Made by a program: the position numbers and the translations under genes. The notes beneath the pieces are model-generated. The model had not been told where the DNA came from. It saw only the letters and a list, made by a program, of their open reading frames with translations, and searched no databases. Positions 49,159 to 58,196 of a stretch of DNA of 64,000 bases are shown here, in pieces. How positions within the stretch are numbered: the first letter of the stretch is position 1; each line of letters opens with the position of its first letter. The stretch is from positions 32,001 through 96,000 of IMG/VR virus record IMGVR_UViG_3300031963_011573. One strand, written 5' to 3'. The stretch comes from a virus.

Positions 49159-49671
49159 ATGTGCGCATTATTTGGTTCATCACGTGACGTTTCATTATTT
49201 AGGCACCTTAACAGGGAACTGCTATGGGATGTTATTACACAACAATGTGTATTTTATCAACTCAAAACAGCTGAAACAAAGGTAAACATATATGGTGAAG
49301 CAGCTGGTGCAAGATTATATGCAGAACCTGTTCTATTAAACGTATTAATTGATAGAGGAGATGCTTCCCAACCAGTTGATGATTTTGGTGTGTCTTATGA
49401 TAGACCAATGACATTTAAATTTTTACGTGATGATTTAGTTGACGCTAATGTATTACCTGAATCAGGAGATATAATAATGTGGTATGAATCATATTGGGAA
49501 ATTAATAATGTAAATGATAATCAACTTGTAGTTGGAAAAGACCCAGCTTACCCATATAACACAAACCCATTAAACCCAGGACTGGAAAATTTTGGCTCCA
49601 ATTGGTCAATTATTTGCACAGCACATTATGTACCTGCAGATAAAGTTCAAATCTCAAAAGAAAGAATATAA
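49159..49671 (+). CDS. Neck/head-closure protein (gp14-like)
   Basis: Follows the gp13-like gene; NIYGE, DDFG and PESGDII..YWEI beta-barrel pattern. Confidence 0.6.
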   Translation: MCALFGSSRDVSLFRHLNRELLWDVITQQCVFYQLKTAETKVNIYGEAAGARLYAEPVLLNVLIDRGDASQPVDDFGVSYDRPMTFKFLRDDLVDANVLPESGDIIMWYESYWEINNVNDNQLVVGKDPAYPYNTNPLNPGLENFGSNWSIICTAHYVPADKVQISKERI

Positions 49672-50376
49672 ATGGCCGAAAAAATTTCTTCAACCCCAGT
49701 ATATTTAAACCAATTTAAAAACAGAACTATCATAACTACTGTTGTATCGCAACCAACTGCTGATATTGATGCTATAACCCAAGCAATAAATCAAATAGCA
49801 GGATCTATTACTTTAGTTACACAATCACTTGGGCAAATTTCTCAATCTTTAACAACTCAAAGTATTCAAATAGATGGTTTATCTTCAACAGCAAATGCTT
49901 TAAATGCATCCAAAATATTTGTAAATAAAGAAACCCCATCCGGCTCAATCGATGGTGTAAACACAATATATGTTTTAGAACATACTCCAACCTTAGGCAG
50001 TGAACATTTATATTTAAATGGTTTGTTAATTGATAGTAGATCATCTACAGACTATTCAATTTCGGGTTCAATTATAACGTTTGATCAGCCTTTACTTCCG
50101 GGAATGAAATTAAATTGCACATACTATTATGTAGATAACACTCCTGTAAAAGTATTTAAAGACAAAGAAACTTTATCTGGTGTAATTGATGGGATAAATA
50201 AAGTATTTACCCTACAGTATCCCCCAGTAGAGGATAGTGAACATATATATTTGAATGGTTTGCTTCAAGAAAGTGGGATTAATGGGGATTATCAAGTATC
50301 TGACTCAACTATTACATTTAAAGAAGCTCCCCCAACAGATACAAACCTTCGTTGCACCTATTACCATTTGTTATAG
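49672..50376 (+). CDS. Protein with two tandem fibre-associated beta domains
   Basis: KET.SG.IDG.N..F.L...P...SEH.YLNGLL.....DY..S.S.ITF occurs twice; the same domain ends the 50786 ORF. Confidence 0.7.
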   Translation: MAEKISSTPVYLNQFKNRTIITTVVSQPTADIDAITQAINQIAGSITLVTQSLGQISQSLTTQSIQIDGLSSTANALNASKIFVNKETPSGSIDGVNTIYVLEHTPTLGSEHLYLNGLLIDSRSSTDYSISGSIITFDQPLLPGMKLNCTYYYVDNTPVKVFKDKETLSGVIDGINKVFTLQYPPVEDSEHIYLNGLLQESGINGDYQVSDSTITFKEAPPTDTNLRCTYYHLL

Positions 50377-50450
50377 GATAAAAAAATATTTAGATTTTCC
50401 TTTATATTTTTAAAAAATCCTGCATACGTATAATCAAACCCAATATTTAG

Positions 50451-50684
50451 ATGAACTCAGAGAATTTATATTCAACTTCAGATTTATATTTAACAGCATA
50501 CCTTAAGATCAAGGGGCATAAATTTACAGTAGAAAAAACTACAAAAAAATCTACGTTTATTTTCCCATCTAGCCCCGAACTATTATCCGATGTAGATGCA
50601 TATTTAACGGAAACGGGTTCATGCGAACCTTTGGCTTACACAAATGCCATAAAGAACTTGAAAAACCTTTTATTTAACAAGTAA
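50451..50684 (+). CDS. DUF5659-like small protein
   Basis: YSTSDLYLTAYL..KG.KF.....K..FIF pattern; motif ATACGTATA at 50424-32. Confidence 0.6.
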   Translation: MNSENLYSTSDLYLTAYLKIKGHKFTVEKTTKKSTFIFPSSPELLSDVDAYLTETGSCEPLAYTNAIKNLKNLLFNK

Positions 50685-50785
50685 AATTCTATTTCTAGAG
50701 TAGTAATTGATGTTACTTAAATGGAGACATTCTGGTTCACCCTTATTCATTTATAAACAATTTAATTTAATTTAATTTAAAACTT

Positions 50786-53368
50786 ATGTCAACTACAAAA
50801 ATCGTCTTAAATAGACAATCTGACTTAATTTTAGATAATGCACAAATCACCGCTCCAGTTGGTATTGTTGTTGCAGATATCGATGGTTTACAATCAGCGA
50901 TTACCTCAATTGACAATAATATCTCAACTGAAGTTTCAAGTGAAGTTTCTTCACGTGTATCTGGTGATGCTTCTGTTGCGGCTAGCCTTTCAACTGAGGT
51001 TTCTGCTCGTGAAGCTGCAGTATCTACTGAAATTTCAAACCGCGTTGCTGGTGATGAATCACTTGCCGCAAACTTATCTACTGAAGTTGCTAACCGTGAA
51101 GCAGACGTTGATGCTGAGGAATCTCGCGCAATGGTAGCTGAAACTTCATTACAAAACAACATCGATGCTGAAGCATCTTTACGTGTTGTTGGTGATGAAA
51201 GTTTAGAAGCTGCGATGTCAACTGCTGATGCTTCTTTGGATACTAAAGTATCTAATGAAACTGCACGTGCAGAATCAGCTGAATCTTCATTGGAAGACCG
51301 AATTGATTACATCGTCTCAAACGTTGATCCTGCAGCTTTAGATTCATTAACTGAAATCGTTGGTGCATTCCAATCTGCTGATGGTGACTTAAACGGTGCT
51401 ATCACTTCATTGGCAACAGCTGCTGGTGCTTCTTTAAGCGCTGAGGCATCTCGTGCAACATCTGCTGAAGCATCTTTAGCTTCTGATTTATCAACTGAAG
51501 TTGCTGATAGAGAAGCTGCTATCTCATTAGAGGAAGCCGCTCGTATTTCAGGTGACGCTTCTGTTGTTGCTGACTTGTCAACTGAAACTGCAAATCGTCA
51601 AGCTGCCGTATCGACCGAAACATCTGCAAGAGTTGCTGGTGATAACAGTTTAGAAACTAAAATTTCTGCTGACTTATCAACTGCTAATGCTTCTATCGAA
51701 GGTGCTTTATCAACTGAAATTTCAGAAAGAATCGCTGACGTTGATGCTGAAGAATCAAGAGCAATGAGTGTTGAGGTTGTATTAAGTGATGAGTTGTCTT
51801 CTGAAACATCTGCAAGACAAGCAGAAGATAATTGGTTATCTGGTGAATTATCCATTGCAGTTTCAGATCTTAATGCAAATGATGAGGCTGAAGCTTCAGC
51901 TCGTTTAGCTGCTGATGAATCATTAGCTGCTGATTTGTCAACTGAAACTTCACAGAGAGTTGAGGATCAAATCTATTATGATGGAATTATATCATCTGAA
52001 GTTTCAAATAGAGAATTAGCAGATAATAGTTTATCAACTGAAATTGAAAATGAAGCTTCAACACGTTTAGCTGCTGATGAATCATTAGCTTCTGATTTAT
52101 CAACAGGACTATCAACAGAAGAATCTAACCGTACTGTAGCAATTGATAACGAAGCTTCTATTCGTTTATCTGCTGATGAAAGTTTATCAACAAAAATATC
52201 AGGTGAAATTTCTCGAGAAGATGATGCTCGTACATCAGCTGATACATCTTTAGCAACATCAATTACTAACGAAGCTTCTATCCGTTTGGCTGCTGACCAA
52301 TCTTTGGCAACTGCAGTATCTGCTGAAGCATCTCGTATTGATGTCATCCTTGATGGTTCAGATGTTGATTTAGATCAATTTGCTGAAATCGTTGATTTCG
52401 TTAACGGAATTGATTTAGAGAACGATAACGCATTGTTGAGTGCTGTAACTTCAATTGGTTTAGATATCGATGCTGAAGAGTCAAGAGCAACATCTGCTGA
52501 AGCATCTTTGAACTCTGCATTGTCAACAGAAACTTCCGCAAGAATCGCTGACGTTGACGCTGAAGAGTCTGCAAGAGTATCTGCAATTGACAACGAAGCT
52601 TCTATTCGTTTGGCTGCTGACCAGTCTTTAGCTACTGATCTATCTACTGAAACTTCAGCTCGTATTGCTGACGTTGATGCTGAAGAATCTCGTGCAATGA
52701 GTGCAGAAGCTTCATTAACAGATGCAATCTCTACAGAAATCTCAAGAGCAGAAGCTGCTGAAGCATCTTTAGCTACTGAATTGTCTGAAGAAGTATCTTA
52801 CTTGATTGCAAACACTGACTTAACTTCAATTGACTCATTTGCTGAAGTATCAACAGAATTGTCAAATGAAATCTCTACAAGAGAATCAGCTGACTTCTCA
52901 CTTGAAGCATATGTTTCAAGTGAAATTGATGGTTTAGCTGCAACTGATGAAGCAACTATTGAACTTGACACTGTTGGAAACGTAATTCGTTTGAAAGAAA
53001 CAATTGCTGCTCCTGCAAGTGGAACAAGAACATTCGAAGGTAATGTTGAAGTATCTGGTGAATTGACAGTTGATGGTGTGAATGTAATGGATGAAATCAG
53101 CACAGAAGTATCTCGTGCAGAATCTGCTGAAGCATCTTTAGCATACGATTTCACTAACATTTATTTCAGAAATGCTGGTGTAGTTGAAACTGCTAATGGT
53201 TCACGTACTGAATTTACATTCAATAACGAACTTAGAGCTGGTTCACAGGCAGTTTACTTGAATGGTCTATTACAAGATGCTGGTGATTATTCAATCACTA
53301 CAACATCTGTAACATTCAACGATGCTCCTTTAGCTGGTGATAAAGTTGCTGTTTACGGTATGTATTAA
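50786..53368 (+). CDS. Long acidic Ser/Thr/Ala-rich coiled-coil fibre (860 aa)
   Basis: Repeats LSTE.S.R...D.SL, ADVDAEESRA.SAEASL and LD[SQ][LF].E[IV] stalk breaks; C-terminal VYLNGLLQ domain. Confidence 0.75.
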   Translation: MSTTKIVLNRQSDLILDNAQITAPVGIVVADIDGLQSAITSIDNNISTEVSSEVSSRVSGDASVAASLSTEVSAREAAVSTEISNRVAGDESLAANLSTEVANREADVDAEESRAMVAETSLQNNIDAEASLRVVGDESLEAAMSTADASLDTKVSNETARAESAESSLEDRIDYIVSNVDPAALDSLTEIVGAFQSADGDLNGAITSLATAAGASLSAEASRATSAEASLASDLSTEVADREAAISLEEAARISGDASVVADLSTETANRQAAVSTETSARVAGDNSLETKISADLSTANASIEGALSTEISERIADVDAEESRAMSVEVVLSDELSSETSARQAEDNWLSGELSIAVSDLNANDEAEASARLAADESLAADLSTETSQRVEDQIYYDGIISSEVSNRELADNSLSTEIENEASTRLAADESLASDLSTGLSTEESNRTVAIDNEASIRLSADESLSTKISGEISREDDARTSADTSLATSITNEASIRLAADQSLATAVSAEASRIDVILDGSDVDLDQFAEIVDFVNGIDLENDNALLSAVTSIGLDIDAEESRATSAEASLNSALSTETSARIADVDAEESARVSAIDNEASIRLAADQSLATDLSTETSARIADVDAEESRAMSAEASLTDAISTEISRAEAAEASLATELSEEVSYLIANTDLTSIDSFAEVSTELSNEISTRESADFSLEAYVSSEIDGLAATDEATIELDTVGNVIRLKETIAAPASGTRTFEGNVEVSGELTVDGVNVMDEISTEVSRAESAEASLAYDFTNIYFRNAGVVETANGSRTEFTFNNELRAGSQAVYLNGLLQDAGDYSITTTSVTFNDAPLAGDKVAVYGMY

Positions 53369-53383
53369 TAGTTAAAATTTATG

Positions 53384-53405
53384 GGGAGGATGAAATACTC
53401 CTCCC
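53384..53405 (+). terminator. GC-rich hairpin after the fibre gene (no U-tract), directly before a late motif
   Basis: GGGAGGA-8 nt-TCCTCCC; ATATTTATA at 53407-15. Confidence 0.5.
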
Positions 53406-53454
53406 TATATTTATACAAAAACATTTTAATAAACTTTAAAAACAAAATAAAACT

Positions 53455-54168
53455 ATGGCAACTTTTATAACATCCAAATCAATAGGAGAAACAATTACAA
53501 TTAATGTTCCAACATCTACTGGATATTGGAAATATAATCATGATGGAGCAGATTCAAGTGTATTTGAAAATGGAGAACAAATTATCACAATAACAAATGC
53601 AAACGGAGAATTTACTCTGATTTCATGCGATAGTGAAGGTAATGTAAGTGGTGATATAGTTGATTTAGGTTTAGTTAATAACCAAATAACATCATTTGAT
53701 GGGACTGGTTTAATTAATCTAACAGGTTTAAATTTAAATTCTAACTTATTAACTTCATTTGACGGAACAGATTTATCAGCATTAACTTATTTATTTATTT
53801 ATAATAATCAATTAACTTCATTTAATGGGTCTGGATTATCCACATTAAATGATTTAACTTTACAAAATAACCAATTAACATCATTTGATGCTACAGGTTT
53901 AAATAATCTTCAATTTTTAAATATATCTAATAACCTATTGACAAATCCAACTTCAACTAACAATTCACTTCTATCACTTCTAGCAGCAAATGAATTAGCA
54001 AACGATTGGGACTCTGGTGAATTTTACACAACTGGAGGAAGAACATCCGCCGGAACTGCAGATTATGATTACTTGATTGCAAATAATTGGGTAGTTGATG
54101 GTGCTGATTTAGTTCCCGTTGTAACAGGTAAATTACGTGTTAAAGGTGTTGGACAGATCAATCCATAA
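53455..54168 (+). CDS. Leucine-rich-repeat protein, copy 1
   Basis: 21-residue LxxLxLxNNQLTSFDxTGL repeats. Confidence 0.85.
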   Translation: MATFITSKSIGETITINVPTSTGYWKYNHDGADSSVFENGEQIITITNANGEFTLISCDSEGNVSGDIVDLGLVNNQITSFDGTGLINLTGLNLNSNLLTSFDGTDLSALTYLFIYNNQLTSFNGSGLSTLNDLTLQNNQLTSFDATGLNNLQFLNISNNLLTNPTSTNNSLLSLLAANELANDWDSGEFYTTGGRTSAGTADYDYLIANNWVVDGADLVPVVTGKLRVKGVGQINP

Positions 54169-54203
54169 CATAAAATTATAAACTTTAAAAACGAAAAAAA
54201 ATT

Positions 54204-54917
54204 ATGGCAACTTTTATAACATCCAAATCAGTTGGAGAAACAATTTCAATTTATGCTGAAACATCTACTGGATATTGGAAATACAACCACGATGGTACAG
54301 ATTCAAGCGTATTTGATCAAAATAATGGTGCTCAAACCATAACAGTAGCAAATGCAAATGGAGAATTTACACTCATTCCATGTTTATCTGATGGTACACC
54401 AAGTGGTGATATAACATTATTAGGATTAGGTGGTAACCAACTAACTTCATTTGATGGAACAGGTTTAACATCATTGAATGAATTAGGTTTAGGTGACAAC
54501 CAATTAACATCTTTTGATGCAACCGATTTAACATCTGTTACTAATTTAGTGGTAAGTAGTAATTTATTAATATCAATTGATGTATCAAGTTTAACCAACT
54601 TAAATATTTTAACTTTACAAAATAACCAATTAACATCACTTGACATCACAGGCTTACTAAACCTTCAATATTTGAGTGTTGAGAATAACCCATTTACTAA
54701 CTCAACTTTAACAAACAATTCACTTTTAGCAAAATTAGCAGCAAATGAATTGGCAAATGATTGGGATACTGGTGAACTTTACACATCAGGTGGAAGAACA
54801 TCTGCTGGAACCACAGACTACGATTATTTAATTGCAAATAATTGGGAGATTTTTGGTGCTGATTTGATTCCAACAGGAACAGGCAAACTACGTGTTAAAG
54901 GTATCGGACAATTGTAA
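54204..54917 (+). CDS. Leucine-rich-repeat protein, copy 2 (tandem paralogue)
   Basis: Same length (237 aa); near-identical N- and C-caps; LRR repeats. Confidence 0.85.
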   Translation: MATFITSKSVGETISIYAETSTGYWKYNHDGTDSSVFDQNNGAQTITVANANGEFTLIPCLSDGTPSGDITLLGLGGNQLTSFDGTGLTSLNELGLGDNQLTSFDATDLTSVTNLVVSSNLLISIDVSSLTNLNILTLQNNQLTSLDITGLLNLQYLSVENNPFTNSTLTNNSLLAKLAANELANDWDTGELYTSGGRTSAGTTDYDYLIANNWEIFGADLIPTGTGKLRVKGIGQL

Positions 54918-54942
54918 TCCAATATATTTAACCAAACACAAC

Positions 54943-54970
54943 AAAAGGGACTCAAAAGGTCCCTTTTTTT
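54943..54970. terminator. Bidirectional terminator between convergent genes
   Basis: AAAAGGGAC-7 nt-GTCCCTTTTTTT. Confidence 0.8.
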
Positions 54971-54987
54971 ATTCCTATAGACAACAT

Positions 54988-56172
54988 TTATTTATATAGG
55001 TTAGTAGTAGGATCATATATCAAATCCTTATTTCCACCATTAAATACACCCTCAATCAAACGATCATACGTTTCAATAACGTCTGTATTTTCAATATGGT
55101 AGCGTTGTAACACAACATCATTGCGTTGATTATATCCGTCAATATCTTTATCGTGTTCTGTTAATATATGATTTAACATTTTAGCGGCCTCAACTGTATC
55201 TGAACCCTCGTAATAGTAACCCAAATCTTTACACATTGGAGCATTATGTAAAACTGGATACCCTAAATAAGCGGCATCCAAATACAAATAATTTAATGGA
55301 TTTAACAACTGGTGGCAAATCAACACATCCAAATGTTGAGTTAACATGTAAGCTGTTTGATAACGTGATTCAGCCGATATCTTACCTTCCCTAAACAAAT
55401 CAAATGTTTGAATTATGGACATAAACTCTCGATGTTTTGAAACTACCGTTCCATTTGTAATACGAAGTTTTTCAATGTGTTTTCGGCCTGTAATAGTGCG
55501 ATATGATTCCTCAGCAATCATAGCTGGAATCAAACAAAACTTAACAATGTTGAGGTTTGGCTCCATGATACCAATTATCTTTTTTTCTTTGGTATTGTCG
55601 TACTGCCAATCTTTTGTGTATTTTCCTGCTTTGAACCCTTTATGTATTTCTCTAACCGCCTCAAATAAAAACTTTTCAGACCATATAAAAGGAACCGCAA
55701 AGGCATTTGTACGATATAGTGTTTTATACAAACCAGAATTTACCTCATCTTGTTGTGGAACATACCATATTTCATCATATTGACGTTCATATTGAAACTT
55801 CTTATCCTCACTTGGACGAAACAAAATATTTTCCATATGGATCACATAGTTGTTTCCACATTTATAAGATACAACTTTTTTATTATCTCCAGAACGTTTA
55901 AATGTTTCAAGTTGATAGTCAAATATTTGTGCACCCATTACAATCAACAGATCCATCTCCAAAAACTTATCGTTAAAGTAGTGAATGTCTATTCCATCAA
56001 GATATGAAGGACGTTCTGTAAAATCTACATTCATAGAATTTAAAATACAAACATCGTATTTTTTCTTTGAATTTTTTAGCAGGTGTACAAGCATCAAAAC
56101 GTTTTGTTTGATACCGTTTGTCCAAATGGATTCTTTGTTGTCTTTTAAGCCGAGTGTGATTCCTATTTTCAT
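54988..56172 (-). CDS. DUF2827-family protein (putative glycosyltransferase fold)
   Basis: SIWTNGI.QN, CGNNY, P.IWS, MEPNLNIVK, HQ..N.LNYLY.D....GYP.LHN, GYYY motifs. Confidence 0.75.
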   Translation of the reverse strand: MKIGITLGLKDNKESIWTNGIKQNVLMLVHLLKNSKKKYDVCILNSMNVDFTERPSYLDGIDIHYFNDKFLEMDLLIVMGAQIFDYQLETFKRSGDNKKVVSYKCGNNYVIHMENILFRPSEDKKFQYERQYDEIWYVPQQDEVNSGLYKTLYRTNAFAVPFIWSEKFLFEAVREIHKGFKAGKYTKDWQYDNTKEKKIIGIMEPNLNIVKFCLIPAMIAEESYRTITGRKHIEKLRITNGTVVSKHREFMSIIQTFDLFREGKISAESRYQTAYMLTQHLDVLICHQLLNPLNYLYLDAAYLGYPVLHNAPMCKDLGYYYEGSDTVEAAKMLNHILTEHDKDIDGYNQRNDVVLQRYHIENTDVIETYDRLIEGVFNGGNKDLIYDPTTNLYK

Positions 56173-56729
56173 ATACTGTTTCCGTGTTTATTTACAAATT
56201 GATCTACTAGTTTCTGTTTTTCCTCATCTGTTGCGGCATGCGCATATAACCATATGAATGAATTTTCAATATTTTTAAGCTTGTCCTTTTTTTCGTTTAT
56301 ACGTATTTTTAAAATATCTTTATCTTCACCATCTATTGAGTGAGATATATTAAGTTGTGAGCATATTTCATATAAAGTATACAAATCAAATTCCTCAGAT
56401 GCCGTAGTAGCTTTAACATACAGTTCAGTATGCTCATCTGTTTTTGCTTTATCTGGATGAGTGATTTTAGCAATTTCCCTATACAACTTTTTAACTTTTT
56501 CTCTAGTGGACTTGTCCACTGTGTTTGGGTCTATTTTTTTCTTTGGTAGTTGTTCTTGAGGGGTTTGAGGGGGAGGTGGAGGTGTCTCACCACGTGCCTC
56601 TCTTATTTTATTTAAAAATTCCTCCTTGTTAGAGTCTATAACCTCGTTTTTGTATTCTTCATCCAACAATAGAAAACTATATTCTTGCAACAATTTTTTT
56701 ACTTCAAGTTGTTCTAGTCGTTTACTCAT
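56169..56729 (-). CDS. J-domain (DnaJ-like) co-chaperone
   Basis: VKKLYREIAKITHPDK helix-II/HPD signature. Confidence 0.8.
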   Translation of the reverse strand: MSKRLEQLEVKKLLQEYSFLLLDEEYKNEVIDSNKEEFLNKIREARGETPPPPPQTPQEQLPKKKIDPNTVDKSTREKVKKLYREIAKITHPDKAKTDEHTELYVKATTASEEFDLYTLYEICSQLNISHSIDGEDKDILKIRINEKKDKLKNIENSFIWLYAHAATDEEKQKLVDQFVNKHGNSI

Positions 56730-56732
56730 ACC

Positions 56733-56763
56733 TATAAATATTTATCATAGACCTATATTTATA
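56733..56763. promoter_or_regulatory. Back-to-back divergent late promoters
   Basis: Minus-strand ATATTTATA at 56741-56733 (3 nt from ATG 56729) and plus-strand ATATTTATA at 56755-63 (5 nt from ATG 56769). Confidence 0.7.
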
Positions 56764-56768
56764 GAGAC

Positions 56769-58031
56769 ATGCCAAGAACAAGAAAACCAAACCCAAAATC
56801 TCAACGTCAAATTTCAAACGAACAAATTGAGCCGTATGTTAACCCTGAAAATGGAGAAACTATAGGTAATCCAAACATTCCCTCTAATTTTGATCAATTT
56901 ACAGCAAATGAACAAAATGGAATTGAATTTAACCGCTCAGAAAAACTTTCATTTAGGGGAGATACTACAAAACCATTCACTATAGGATTTGAAGATATTG
57001 ATGAGGCAATCCACTACTATTTTTCAAATGTGATTCGCCCTTCAGTTACACAAAACAACATGCGAATCCCTGTTCCCATAATATATGGTTCACCTGAACG
57101 TTGGAAATCTACACAAAAGGATGGATATTACAAAGACAAGAATGGTGCAATTATGGCTCCTCTTATCATGTTCAAACGAGATAGTATAGATAAGAATCGC
57201 TCTTTGGGTAATAAAATGGATGCAAATTCTCCAAACTTGTACACAACATGGAAAAAAGTATATGATCCAAAAAATGCATATTCAAATTTTAACACCTTAA
57301 ACAACCGTAAACCAGTAGAGCAATTTATAGTAAATGTAATCCCAGATTATGTTACTATATCATATACTTGTGCTATACAAACATATTATGTGTCTCAATT
57401 AAACAAAATAGTTGAGGCTATCAACTATGCTTCCGACACATATTGGGGAGAAAAAGATCGTTTCAAATTCTATGCTACAATTAGCTCATTTGATACTCCA
57501 ATTGAAATAACAGATAATTCAAACAGAATAGCTAAAGCAACATTTACCTTAACTATTAAAGGATACGTCATACCTGACAGTATTCAAAAACAATTAACAT
57601 CTATCAAAAAATATAATAGTAAAGCCCAAGTTATAATTGAAATGGAAGCAGTTAGTTCGCTAGATGATCCAAAACCAAAACCACTTAAAACCACATCCCC
57701 TATATTTATAGACAACCAAAAACCAGTAATAAACTATATCTCTCAAGACGTGCTAGTATATTTAAACACCAACATACAAAAACTTGGAACATATGTAAAT
57801 TCAACAACAGTAACATTTAATTCTGGTTGGATTCAAGCTCCAAATAGTTTACCACCAACTTCTATCGTAAACTTTACATTCTTTGTAAACGGTACATTGG
57901 TAGAAAGTGCAGCTATAGTTTCTTTTACCCAAAATGCAGGCATTTCAACTCTTGTAATTGACCCTACCGAATTAGGCTACTCAATCTCCCCTTCAGATGA
58001 AATAGTAGCTATTGGGAAATTTAGTAATTGA
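56769..58031 (+). CDS. Tail-completion/sheath-stabiliser protein (gp15-like) with C-terminal extension
   Basis: IPVPIIYGSPERW, P.I...R.SI, PDYVTISY, QLNKIVE motifs. Confidence 0.65.
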   Translation: MPRTRKPNPKSQRQISNEQIEPYVNPENGETIGNPNIPSNFDQFTANEQNGIEFNRSEKLSFRGDTTKPFTIGFEDIDEAIHYYFSNVIRPSVTQNNMRIPVPIIYGSPERWKSTQKDGYYKDKNGAIMAPLIMFKRDSIDKNRSLGNKMDANSPNLYTTWKKVYDPKNAYSNFNTLNNRKPVEQFIVNVIPDYVTISYTCAIQTYYVSQLNKIVEAINYASDTYWGEKDRFKFYATISSFDTPIEITDNSNRIAKATFTLTIKGYVIPDSIQKQLTSIKKYNSKAQVIIEMEAVSSLDDPKPKPLKTTSPIFIDNQKPVINYISQDVLVYLNTNIQKLGTYVNSTTVTFNSGWIQAPNSLPPTSIVNFTFFVNGTLVESAAIVSFTQNAGISTLVIDPTELGYSISPSDEIVAIGKFSN

Positions 58032-58048
58032 TTTATATTTATAATAAA

Positions 58049-58195
58049 ATGGCAGCTAAAGTAAAAACATCAGCAACTTCATTGTTTAACAAAAAACCTA
58101 AAGTTAAACGTCCTGGAGTTCATGCAAAAAGCAAAACAAGCAAAAATAAAACAAGCAAAAACTACGTTAAACAATACGTAGCCCAAGGAAAATAA
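58049..58195 (+). CDS. Small highly basic protein, 48 aa (missing from ORF track)
   Basis: MAAKVKTSATSLFNKKPKVKRPGVHAKSKTSKNKTSKNYVKQYVAQGK; late motif at 58035-43. Confidence 0.75.
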   Translation: MAAKVKTSATSLFNKKPKVKRPGVHAKSKTSKNKTSKNYVKQYVAQGK

Positions 58196-58196
58196 A

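Noticed and set aside
53455-54917. LRR duplicate considered as a diversity-generating retroelement template/variable pair
   Set aside because: Both copies are intact genes, differences are not restricted to adenines, and there is no reverse transcriptase in the window
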